A DNA stretch of 64,000 nt, taken from Planctomycetota bacterium. Its GTDB lineage: Bacteria > Planctomycetota > UBA8108 > SXIK01. The stretch spans positions 4,576,001 through 4,640,000 of the forward strand of contig OZ244999.1 of assembly GCA_965223265.1 (NCBI GenBank), given 5' to 3'. Positions 31,923 to 40,716 of the stretch are shown piece after piece (the first letter of the stretch is position 1; every line of letters begins with the position of its first letter). The notes under the pieces are model-generated. The model had not been told where the DNA came from, did not search any database, and worked only from the letters and a program-made list of their open reading frames with translations. A program made the position numbers and the translations under genes.

Positions 31923-32201
31923 CTACCAGCCGATCTCGCTGTCGCTCGCGTCCTGCCCGAAGGTGATGCGTGGCGTGTTGGTAAGGTCTGCGTCGCACTG
32001 CTCTACCGGCTCTGACCGAGACCAAAGGAACTCTTCGGAGGGAGAATTGGCGGCGAACCGTTTCGCCAAACGGTTCCCCCATGCGGTTGCCTGGTCTTCC
32101 GCTTTCGCTTCAATCACAAGGCATGCCACCCACTCGTTGTCCTGATCGTCGGGCGCAGCAGAAGTGTTTCTGAACCAAGCTGTGAACAAGTAGTCCTTCA
32201 T
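31923..32201 (-). CDS. Hypothetical small acidic protein (island cargo)
   Basis: MKDYLFTAWF...SEIGW; GGGAG RBS; tightly packed with neighbours. Confidence 0.6.
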   Translation of the reverse strand: MKDYLFTAWFRNTSAAPDDQDNEWVACLVIEAKAEDQATAWGNRLAKRFAANSPSEEFLWSRSEPVEQCDADLTNTPRITFGQDASDSEIGW

Positions 32202-32220
32202 TGCTGCCGCTCCCATTTGA

Positions 32221-32853
32221 TCAGCACCACCGCCTCCCGAGTCCCCTGGAGATCAGTTCACCGTCCTTAAACTCACCCCAAGCCAACCAGTCCAGGGATG
32301 CGACGGAGATCGCGTCGTCGATGAGACTCGCCGCCCAGGCTGGAACCCAAGAAACGATGGCTTGGTGTCCAGCGTCGTACCCGATCCAGGTGTCCAACGG
32401 AGGAGTCTCGTCAAGGCAGCCATCGTAGCCATCTCCGATGAACCTCTGAGACTCTTCATGACTGACGTCACCGCCGAGCGAATAACCGAGAACGGTCAGG
32501 AGGACTGCTCGGGGACGACGCAGCTGGTCCGGGACTCGTTCGGCAGGAAAGGGGGACAGTCCCTGTCGCTCAATCAATCTCCCCCGTTCTTGTTGAAACG
32601 CCTGAAACACCTCCTCCCCTGACGGACGGCGACCCGACGGAAACTCCGAGAGTTCTCCGTTTGCGACAACTGCGATCTCTTGAAGAGCCGAGTCGCGGAA
32701 CACGGTCGCGATGCGATCGTCTGGCGGTCTGGCAACGACGTGGGCGGCGCAAAGCGTGAGCGCCTGTTGGGCACCTTCCAAAAGATCGTCAAGTCGCGTC
32801 GGCATCGGCAGCTCGTTTCGATAGTCCTCGACGTATTCTACCAGGCTGTCCAC
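32221..32853 (-). CDS. Hypothetical protein (island cargo)
   Basis: 210-aa ORF with DETPPLDTW and IVSWVP segments; first of three co-oriented ORFs. Confidence 0.6.
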   Translation of the reverse strand: MDSLVEYVEDYRNELPMPTRLDDLLEGAQQALTLCAAHVVARPPDDRIATVFRDSALQEIAVVANGELSEFPSGRRPSGEEVFQAFQQERGRLIERQGLSPFPAERVPDQLRRPRAVLLTVLGYSLGGDVSHEESQRFIGDGYDGCLDETPPLDTWIGYDAGHQAIVSWVPAWAASLIDDAISVASLDWLAWGEFKDGELISRGLGRRWC

Positions 32854-33546
32854 GGCTCAGCTTGCGATCCTCGGGGATGGATCACCCAGAGCATCAGTGC
32901 CGCATCGATTAGTGCACACCGCCCCCCTCATCCCTTGGTCCCTTCTCCCTGGGATTCCGTTGTCCCTTGATTCGTAGAATTAACGGAAAGAGAAAGGAAG
33001 CAGCCTCCTGATCAGCAAAGGACTGAACCAAGGAAGCAGTAACAAGAGAGTGCGGTCCCGCTATCCGGTGCAATACCGTTCGGGCTCCTCACACGCAACG
33101 AGAGGTGGTGATCCAGATCCTCGGGCAGCGAGCCATACTGGCGCGACTTCAGTCGCCGCAGACGATTCACCCGTAGGTGGTCCAATTATCGGAGGTAGCG
33201 GGGAACCCCTCGCCGGGTCTTGCTCCCTGGGTCACTGGGGACGGGGTGGATACCGTTTTGCCCCTCCACTTTTTGTCTGCGCGTGGATCGGTCCTCTTCG
33301 CACTCCTCGGTGTCCCTTACCCTCGACGGGTACCAGCCGAATTTCGTCCGAGCCGACCACTGGGTTTTCACCGGGAGCGTCTGTAACCGTCGTGGTCCAG
33401 ACTACCCATCCACTTCCTTCAGATTCTGAGCGTTCGGAGGAAGAGTCGAGTGACAGCGTTTCAATCTCTCCTCGGTTGACGGAATCAACGAGATCGCCTC
33501 ATTGGAAATGAATGTATTCGCTTCAGGTTCCGCCCCTGGGGCTTAG

Positions 33547-33705
33547 CAGCCCGTTGAAAAAGTCATTCGGCCGAGAAACCGGCCTCTTCACGCCCAGCTC
33601 GACCGCGTCAATACTCGAAAATCTCGGAGATTACCTGCGTTTGCCGCGGCCGATCTGGACGCGAAGAGACCAGTTTTCGGCTCGAAGCACTTTTTCAACA
33701 GGCTG
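33547..33705. mobile_element. MITE, copy 2 (159 bp) with TTAG target duplication
   Basis: 17-bp TIR CAGCCYGTTGAAAAAGT with one mismatch; TTAG at 33543-33546 and 33706-33709. Confidence 0.88.
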
Positions 33706-33711
33706 TTAGGC

Positions 33712-33886
33712 GAGCAGGATGTCTACTACCCCCTCCTCTCGTGGGGGTCCACCTGCTCGATGAGTTTCCCAGGGACGCGAGCACTCGGCGTCGATCGCCC
33801 GATAGAGTCCTACGGTCGGAGGCTTGGTGAACAGGATGTCTACTACTCACGCCGCGACGTGAATCCACCTGCTCGACGAGTTCCCC
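33712..33886 (-). repeat. Two tandem ~58-nt structured repeats (33712-33770, 33829-33886)
   Basis: Shared GARCAGGATGTCTACTAC...TCCACCTGCTCGAYGAGTT; inner hairpin differs in sequence but keeps pairing. Confidence 0.7.
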
Positions 33887-34608
33887 GCTTTTGCAGAACT
33901 GAGCGCTCTAAGCGGACCTGCGTGTGAGGTATGTCAGAATTCGATGATCGCCTCCAAAAAACGCAGCCGTCGGCACTGGGAGGCGACCACCAGCACGGAC
34001 GGCTTACAGAAGATTCTTCCTCCACTCGATCTTTCTCGATCGCCTCGGATCGGGGAGGTGACAGTCTTGTTCGGGATGCAGTGCGACTAAGACGACGCAC
34101 GACGTATGCTTCTATTGTCTCCCCATCTCGACGCGCTGTCGAACGAGCAGCGATTCGTTCTGCCGCCAGGGGAAGGACTGCGACATAGAGAGCAAATCAT
34201 AGTGCGGTTAAGAGCAAACGTTCAGTCGCGCTCAGCAACAGTTTCATGGGGGGCGTTTACGGCAAAGCTCAACTGAGCTGGATTCGATCCGCAAGCGGCA
34301 AGGGAGTCACGATGGCAAGAACGCACTATAGGGATTAACCGCCACCTCGTGCCAAACTGCGGCAGATGAGGAAGAAACGCGACGGACAACCGGTCGTCGT
34401 AACTGCTGCTGCTACTGGTTCGACGACCTATGGCATCAATCGGACACCGGCAGACGGACCCCGACGAACACTGCGGGTGATCGCCACGTTTACCTTCGAG
34501 CCCGCTCTCACATTTCGCTTCGCGAAGCACGTCGGATTGAGGGGCTGCCGTTGTCCACTATCTGTACATACGCGTCGCCGTTCTTGTGTCGCCAATTCTT
34601 CGGAATAT

Positions 34609-34637
34609 TTGACAGATGTTAGCCTCTGTGCCATTAT
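34609..34637 (+). promoter_or_regulatory. Promoter of the serine recombinase gene
   Basis: TTGACA-N17-CATTAT with extended -10 TG; GAGGAG RBS downstream. Confidence 0.6.
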
Positions 34638-34685
34638 TTAGTGGCGTTTGCGTCCGCTAAATGGGTCGAACAAGCGAGGAGATTC

Positions 34686-35375
34686 GTGGCACAAGAGGCA
34701 GTTTCTTACCTCCGGGTCTCCGGGACCGGTCAGGTTAGCGGTGACGGCTTTCCTCGTCAGCGCGATGCCGTTAACCACTTCGCGGAAGCACGCGGAATGG
34801 TAATCGAGGAGGAGTTCCGAGACGAGGGCGTCAGCGGCACTACCGAGCTGGAGAACCGTTCCGGGCTCGCTGCGTTGATCGACAAGCTCGAATCGAACGG
34901 CGTTCGTACCGTTCTGGTCGAGAACGCGACGAGGCTCGCCAGAGACCTCATGGTCGGCGAGGTCATCCTCGGACAGTTCCGATCGCTGGGCGTCCAAGTC
35001 TTTGACTCGTCAGGCAACGAGCTAACGGCTGGCGACGACGACCCCACTCGAAAGCTCATACGCCAGGTTCTCGGAGCCGTGGCGGAGTTCGAGAAGTCTG
35101 TCACGGTCCTGAAGCTGCGCGCCAGCAGAGAGCGCATACGGCGCAGGGAAGGACGCTGCGAAGGGCGCAAGCCTTTCGGCTTCTACCCCGGCGAGGCAGC
35201 GACTCTGCGCGAGATGAAGCGCCTGTACCGCAAGAATCCAAAGACTGGACGGCGGCGGAGTTGTGCTGTCATCGCCGCAGAATTGAATCGGCTAAGGCTG
35301 TCTACGCGGTCCGGGCGACCTTGGAGTCGCGGGTCGGTTCACGCGATCCTGAATCGTCCCGCCGCTCGACGCTGA
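34686..35375 (+). CDS. Serine recombinase (resolvase/invertase family) with short C-terminal DNA-binding region
   Basis: YLRVS catalytic motif, DEGVSG, RSGL, TRLARD, VAEFEK; C-terminal IAAELN...GRPWSRGSV. Confidence 0.92.
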   Translation: MAQEAVSYLRVSGTGQVSGDGFPRQRDAVNHFAEARGMVIEEEFRDEGVSGTTELENRSGLAALIDKLESNGVRTVLVENATRLARDLMVGEVILGQFRSLGVQVFDSSGNELTAGDDDPTRKLIRQVLGAVAEFEKSVTVLKLRASRERIRRREGRCEGRKPFGFYPGEAATLREMKRLYRKNPKTGRRRSCAVIAAELNRLRLSTRSGRPWSRGSVHAILNRPAARR

Positions 35376-35830
35376 GTCGCCAACGAACGCTTAATCGGGT
35401 CCCCCCTCGGAGAGGGGAAGGGCTACACATCTCTCCAGGGGAAAAACGGTGCCACGTGCTCGACGGGACGGGGAGTTCCCGGACTGGGGAGAGAGTTCTT
35501 ACATCAGAGCAGAGATCGAGGGCGAGGTCCGTCTCCAGAACCGCCTGAATCAATAGCGGTGCTTGATAACGACAAGCACTACCTCGAGCAACCACATGCT
35601 CGATCCTCGATTAATCGAGTTCTTCGGCGGCAATTGGCCAAAGCGGGCTCCGTAACAGTTTGCTGCCGACCCGGAGCACGGGTAGTGGCGCTTGATCGTT
35701 CTGATAAGAGACGACTTGTGTTCAGCGGTGTGACGTTGCTGGATTCGTAAAGATTTTTGCCGTTCCGTCGGTCGAAAACTCAAGAAGGGTGATAGAGAGG
35801 GCAGTCCCAAAAGTCTGTCGAGGGTGTGTC

Positions 35831-37153
35831 ATGACGATACTCAGTGACGTAACGGCGGCCAGTCAAGAGAGAAGAAGTGAAAGGGATCAAGAGGCACACG
35901 AGGGATTTCGAAACAATTTCGACCGCGACCGGGCCAGGATCGTGCACTCTTTTGCCTTTCGTCGGCTACAAGCAAAGACACAGGTCCTTGGGATCGGGGA
36001 GGGCGACTTTCACCGCACGCGCCTCACGCATTCGATGGAAGTAGCTAACATCGGGCGTGGAATCGTACACAAGATTCTCGATGACCCCAAAGCTCGTGAT
36101 ACGGCCAAGCTCGACGTTGACCTGATCGAGGCAATTGCGTTTGCCCACGATCTTGGACATCCACCGTTTGGGCATTCAGGCGAGATCGCGTTGAACTACG
36201 CGATGAGGGAGAGCGGAGGATTCGAAGGCAACGGTCAAACGCTTCGCATCCTCTCCACCTTGGAGCCACGAACACACGCGTACGGCCTGGATCTGACAAG
36301 ACGCACGCTGCTCGGTGTGCTCAAGTACCCAGCGAAGTACGGCTCTGTTCGTCGCCTTGAGCTGCCGAGAATCCCAGAGTCTGGCGCCAAGTTGATAGCG
36401 TCCGAGTGGAAACCTCCGAAATGCTACCTCGACACCGAAAAGGAGGTAGTTGAATGGTTGCTGGAACCAGCAGACGGCTCTGAGAGGGAACGCTTTTTTG
36501 ATTCCTCTGAACCAGGAAAGGAACAGCACGGAAAAAGTTCCAGAAAGTCCTTGGACTGCTCCATCATGGATCTTGCCGACGAGATTGCATACGGAACACA
36601 CGATTTGGAAGACTGCATCGAGCTGCGCATCGTCAAAGAGGACCAGTTTGCCTCTGAACTAAAAGATAAGCTGGATACCGCCTGGGCCAAGGAACACGAG
36701 CTAACGTCCATCGCCGAGAGGCTATTCTCCATGGAGAATTCGTCTTTACGTAAAGAGGCCGTCAGCTCTCTCGTCAGAGCGTTGGTGGCATCCACCACCC
36801 TGGTCAAGGACGATGCTGGAGGTTGTCCTCTCTTGTTCGACAAGGTCTCTCTTCACGAAGAAGCAAGGGTACTACTCGATGGTCTAATCGATCTGATCAA
36901 GAAGTACGTTCTAAGCGCGAGGCAAGTTCAAACGCTGGAGTACCGGGGACGTCAAATGTTGGTCGCGATCTTCGGCGCGATCCAATGCGAACCCGAAAAG
37001 CTCCTACCCGACACACACGTCAAGCGGCTGGAGAGTGATCCCAGCGAGCGCGTAATCTGCGACTACATTGCCGGAATGACGGACGGATTCGCGATGAGAA
37101 TGTACGAGCGTCTTTTCCTCCCAAGAGCTGGAAGCCTGTTCGAAAGGATATAG
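35831..37153 (+). CDS. dGTP triphosphohydrolase, probable anti-phage type
   Basis: RDRARIVHSFAFRRLQAKTQVLG, GDFHRTRLTHSMEV, AHDLGHPPFGHSGE, GFEGNGQT, DYIAGMTD; inside the island. Confidence 0.88.
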   Translation: MTILSDVTAASQERRSERDQEAHEGFRNNFDRDRARIVHSFAFRRLQAKTQVLGIGEGDFHRTRLTHSMEVANIGRGIVHKILDDPKARDTAKLDVDLIEAIAFAHDLGHPPFGHSGEIALNYAMRESGGFEGNGQTLRILSTLEPRTHAYGLDLTRRTLLGVLKYPAKYGSVRRLELPRIPESGAKLIASEWKPPKCYLDTEKEVVEWLLEPADGSERERFFDSSEPGKEQHGKSSRKSLDCSIMDLADEIAYGTHDLEDCIELRIVKEDQFASELKDKLDTAWAKEHELTSIAERLFSMENSSLRKEAVSSLVRALVASTTLVKDDAGGCPLLFDKVSLHEEARVLLDGLIDLIKKYVLSARQVQTLEYRGRQMLVAIFGAIQCEPEKLLPDTHVKRLESDPSERVICDYIAGMTDGFAMRMYERLFLPRAGSLFERI

Positions 37154-37226
37154 ATCGAAAGCTCTTCGCTCTTCGAGGTGTTGGAGATTCCGTTCCCTCG
37201 ATAGATTGTTTTGACCGCTGAGTCAG

Positions 37227-37245
37227 AACGACCCGGAAACGACCC
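37227..37245 (+). repeat. Putative integrase arm-type sites, right: AACGACCC(G) x2, 11-bp period
   Basis: 37227-37235 and 37238-37245. Confidence 0.65.
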
Positions 37246-37331
37246 TCATCGAAAACGGGACTCCCGACCGAAGTCGTAAGTCCCTTTCGTTTCCTGCTCA
37301 AGCCTCGCCTCAACCAACCTGGCGATTCAAG

Positions 37332-37371
37332 TTGGGAAGCTGACGCTCTACCACTGAGCTACACCCGCACA
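37332..37371 (-). pseudogene. Displaced 5' half of tRNA-Gly(CCC) (att site)
   Basis: Identical to tRNA from its 5' end through the anticodon loop plus 3 upstream bases, then diverges. Confidence 0.9.
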
Positions 37372-37386
37372 GTTGGTCTGCCGAGA

Positions 37387-37415
37387 ATCTTATCCCGGTC
37401 GGCACAGGGCAGCAA
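37387..37415 (-). promoter_or_regulatory. Probable native tRNA-Gly promoter, now facing the tRNA fragment
   Basis: Minus strand TTGCTG-N17-TAAGAT just upstream of the fragment. Confidence 0.6.
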
Positions 37416-37443
37416 GCGGTTGTTTCAACCGGAGCTGGACGCC

Positions 37444-38833
37444 TCACTCTTCTTCAGCCGGACTGTCCAACCGCTCGGCGGCTATGTCCCGCCAGATCTG
37501 CCTCTCCGTCAAGAACCCCAAATGACCACTGTCTGTGAACGCACGATACGTCACCCGGTCCCCACACAGCGTGACGAGTTCCCGAAAGGCGGTCGGCGGG
37601 CAAAAAGAGTCGTGAGCACTTGAGTAAAGAAAAAACTTGAGCTCTGGATTCGCGCTCAGGCCGGCGAGAACGTCGGCGGGTGTGACCGGATCTGTAGCCG
37701 TGATCGGGAAAGAATCGGACTCGCGGCGACTCGTCCCGCGGAAGGACACGTGCGCGCGCCTCCTCTCCGAGTAGCCACGTGTTGACGTCAATCCCTTCAG
37801 AATCTTCAGACTTGAGTCGCTTGAACAGGCGATGATAGAAGCGAGACAATGACCGATCTTCGGGAGCGTAGCATTCGATACGATTGGCGATCACGTTGAG
37901 AACATCCGCTTGCCCGCCACCAAAGAAGTGGAGGCCGATCCTTTCGGCTGTTGTCTTAAGCTCATCTTTGTTCAGTTGCCCCTTCTCGTCCAAAAGTCGA
38001 CCGAGATTGTCATGAATGCCAGGCCAGTACGCACGAACGCCAAGAAACAACCCGACGGAATCCAGTGTGTTCGATCCGCAGACTTCGGATTCTCCTGTGG
38101 TCAAACAACCATCGACCTGCTCCCAGACTTGGCTCAACAGTGTCCGATCGTTGGGGTAGCGCTCGAAATACTCCTGCAACACTTTGTCATGCATACGCAG
38201 GCGCTGGAGCGGCAACCTGGAGTTGTCAGTCTGCACGACCCATCCATGTGCGTAAGCTGAATTCAGATGACGTGGAGCCATGGCCACGTACCGCTGAACT
38301 GCGAGTGCGCCAAAGCTATTGCCGTACACCGACCACTTTGAGTCGACTCCCAAAACTTTGACCCGGACAGCCTCTGCGTCGCGCACAATTGCGCGCGTCA
38401 GATAGTTCGAAAAACGCGGCAAGTTTTCTGTCGACACCTCCGGAAGAGGACTCGAGCATCCGGTTCCGCGCTGATCCATGAATACGAAATCAAACTGCGA
38501 AAAGTCCTCTCCGAGGGTCTGCTTCAGTGGCGGAATCGACTCATGCGACGAAACGCCCGGACCGCCGTTTAGAAAGAGGAGCGGGTGGAGCGGCTTCGTC
38601 TCCTTCCCTCGCCAGTAGTAGAACACCTGGAGTTTTGGTCCTTCCGGCGCGTCCCAGTCCTCCGGGACGGTGACCCAGTCGAAAGAATATCCCGGGGGCA
38701 AATTGGCAATCAACGCAGTCTGCTCGACAGTCAACTCGTGGACCAGAGGCCGCGGTGGGTCTTGAGCCAAAGACGGCAAACAGAGGAGGCAGGCGAAGAT
38801 GGTGGACACCAGACAAAGGTTCGCTCGATTCAT
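37444..38833 (-). pseudogene. Secreted alpha/beta hydrolase (peptidase S33-like), frameshifted near 37750-37770
   Basis: FLNGGPG, DQRGTGCS and GNSFG in one frame; AHDSFCP and SGHLG (Asp/His) in the overlapping 37444-37791 frame. Confidence 0.75.
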
Positions 38834-39062
38834 GGGTTGTTCCTCACAGATCGTGCCCTTTACGTAGCAGACGCCACCGGACGGGAGCGATGAATCGCCA
38901 CCGAGCTGCTGCGGCAAAACGCACGTGTCCTGCCGCGAAGCTTCAGAATATAGTTGCAAAGTGAACCTGTCGATCGCGAATCGATCGGCTCCCAACTCCG
39001 CGCCTCCGGACGAGGCGAGGAAGTGTTACAAGGGTCGCGTCACTACAAAAAATGAGACGGGA

Positions 39063-40697
39063 ATGGCGGGTTCTAACCGAAGGGTTCCTCGGGACTCTCG
39101 CGATCTCCTCGAACGACTCGAAGCCGTGATGACCGGCCGGGCCGAGAAGTCGAGACACGAGGAAGTCCTAAATCTGATCACGTCGTTAGCTCGCAGCGGC
39201 GACCATGTCGCCGCTGTGTGCCTGCTTCCTCTCTGTTTTCACTCCAACCGAAACCTTTCGTTCGCAGCCGCTGCGGCGATCAGAAGACTGCTCACTGGTC
39301 TCACTCCGCTCGAATTCGTCGATCTTGACCATGCGATGCGAAGCGAGACTCCGATCGGCGCGGTTGTGATGCGCGCCTCTCCGTTTGGACCGGAGGGGGT
39401 CGCCAAGCTGGATGTTCCCGAGGACGACGCTCCGTTCGTTCTGGGTCTCCTGAGCTCGCATCTTGACGGTCACGTGCGTGAGGCGGCACTGAGGAAGCTC
39501 TCACACGGTCGCAGTGGACACGAGCTACCATTCGTTCTCATCCGGCTGAACGACTGGGTACCACAGGTGCGGGCGGTCGCCCGCAAAGCTCTTTTCGAAC
39601 GGCTCGTTCCTTCGTACGCAGAGCACTTCGTCGCCTACCTGCCGCTGGTTCTTCGCCTGCGAGAGTGCAGCCGTGCGGAACACAACGACGCGCTGCGAGA
39701 AGTCGAGCACCTCGTCGTATCACATGGGAGTGCCGAGGCGCTTCGTCACGGCTGCCAAGTCGACGACCGTGAAGTCCGACGAACGTGCTACCGGCTTGCG
39801 GCCGCAAGTCACCTACTGGAGCTCTGCGTCCAGGGGATTGACGACAGCGACTCCGGCATCAGATTCCTCTGCGCGAAAGTCCTCCTGCAAGAGTCCTCTT
39901 CGCGTCCCAAGCTCGCGTCGCTGATCGCGCGGCTTCTCGACGACCCGTTCATGCCCGTCAGACGCGCGGCGATCCGCGCGACGATCGCTCGGTTTCCCGA
40001 GACGGCAGAGAAACGCTTGTACGAGGGTCTCTTGGACCCAAGCGCCGCCATTCGCGACGTCTCGGCGTTCGAGTTACGCAAACGCGTCGACATCGATTTC
40101 GGCGAATTCTATCGGGAGCAGCTGAAGACAACCCAAGGAAGGCGTTTGGCCGCGGCGATTCTGGGAATCGGCAGGTACGGCCATAGAGACGATGTTCCGG
40201 CCCTGGTGGAGACGTATCACCGCAGCACGTCTCGCGCGCGGCAGGCGGTCCTGCGAGCGATCTCGCTCCTTGCCAGGGAGAGCCACACGGATCTGTTCAT
40301 CACGGCACTGCTTTCCCCACTGGCAGGGGTTTCACGGCAAGCGCGAGACGTTCTGGCGCCGCAAGCCGCCGAGGTGCAGCCGGACGCATTGAAGCTTGCG
40401 CTCCTGATCAATCCACACGCACATGTGCGAAAGAATGCGCTCGGAGTCTTAAGGAATCGCAGCAAATATGATGGGCTGTACTACACCTTACTGGCGATCC
40501 GGGACCGGGAGCGGAGCGTGCGAGACACGGCGCGACAGTTCGTCTCGCAGTGGATCCAGAACTACAATCGCAGTTTCGTCAAACCCACACGCGAAGAAGT
40601 GGAACGTCTGAGGGTGGCGTTTGAGGAGAGCGGGACCTACTTGCCACGGAACGCTGCTGTGCAGCTGGAGTTCCTCGTGCGACCGCTGACGAAATGA
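39063..40697 (+). CDS. HEAT-repeat protein
   Basis: DGHVREAAL, RLNDWVPQVR, DDREVRR, DPFMPVRRAA, DPSAAIR repeats; start uncertain. Confidence 0.75.
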   Translation: MAGSNRRVPRDSRDLLERLEAVMTGRAEKSRHEEVLNLITSLARSGDHVAAVCLLPLCFHSNRNLSFAAAAAIRRLLTGLTPLEFVDLDHAMRSETPIGAVVMRASPFGPEGVAKLDVPEDDAPFVLGLLSSHLDGHVREAALRKLSHGRSGHELPFVLIRLNDWVPQVRAVARKALFERLVPSYAEHFVAYLPLVLRLRECSRAEHNDALREVEHLVVSHGSAEALRHGCQVDDREVRRTCYRLAAASHLLELCVQGIDDSDSGIRFLCAKVLLQESSSRPKLASLIARLLDDPFMPVRRAAIRATIARFPETAEKRLYEGLLDPSAAIRDVSAFELRKRVDIDFGEFYREQLKTTQGRRLAAAILGIGRYGHRDDVPALVETYHRSTSRARQAVLRAISLLARESHTDLFITALLSPLAGVSRQARDVLAPQAAEVQPDALKLALLINPHAHVRKNALGVLRNRSKYDGLYYTLLAIRDRERSVRDTARQFVSQWIQNYNRSFVKPTREEVERLRVAFEESGTYLPRNAAVQLEFLVRPLTK

Positions 40698-40716
40698 CCG
40701 CTCACGCTCCTGCCAC

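Noticed and set aside
32860-34600. Short ORFs in the gene-poor part of the island as rep, excisionase or toxin genes
   Set aside because: Frames are short, interrupted and lack recognisable motifs; may be decayed genes but cannot be supported.
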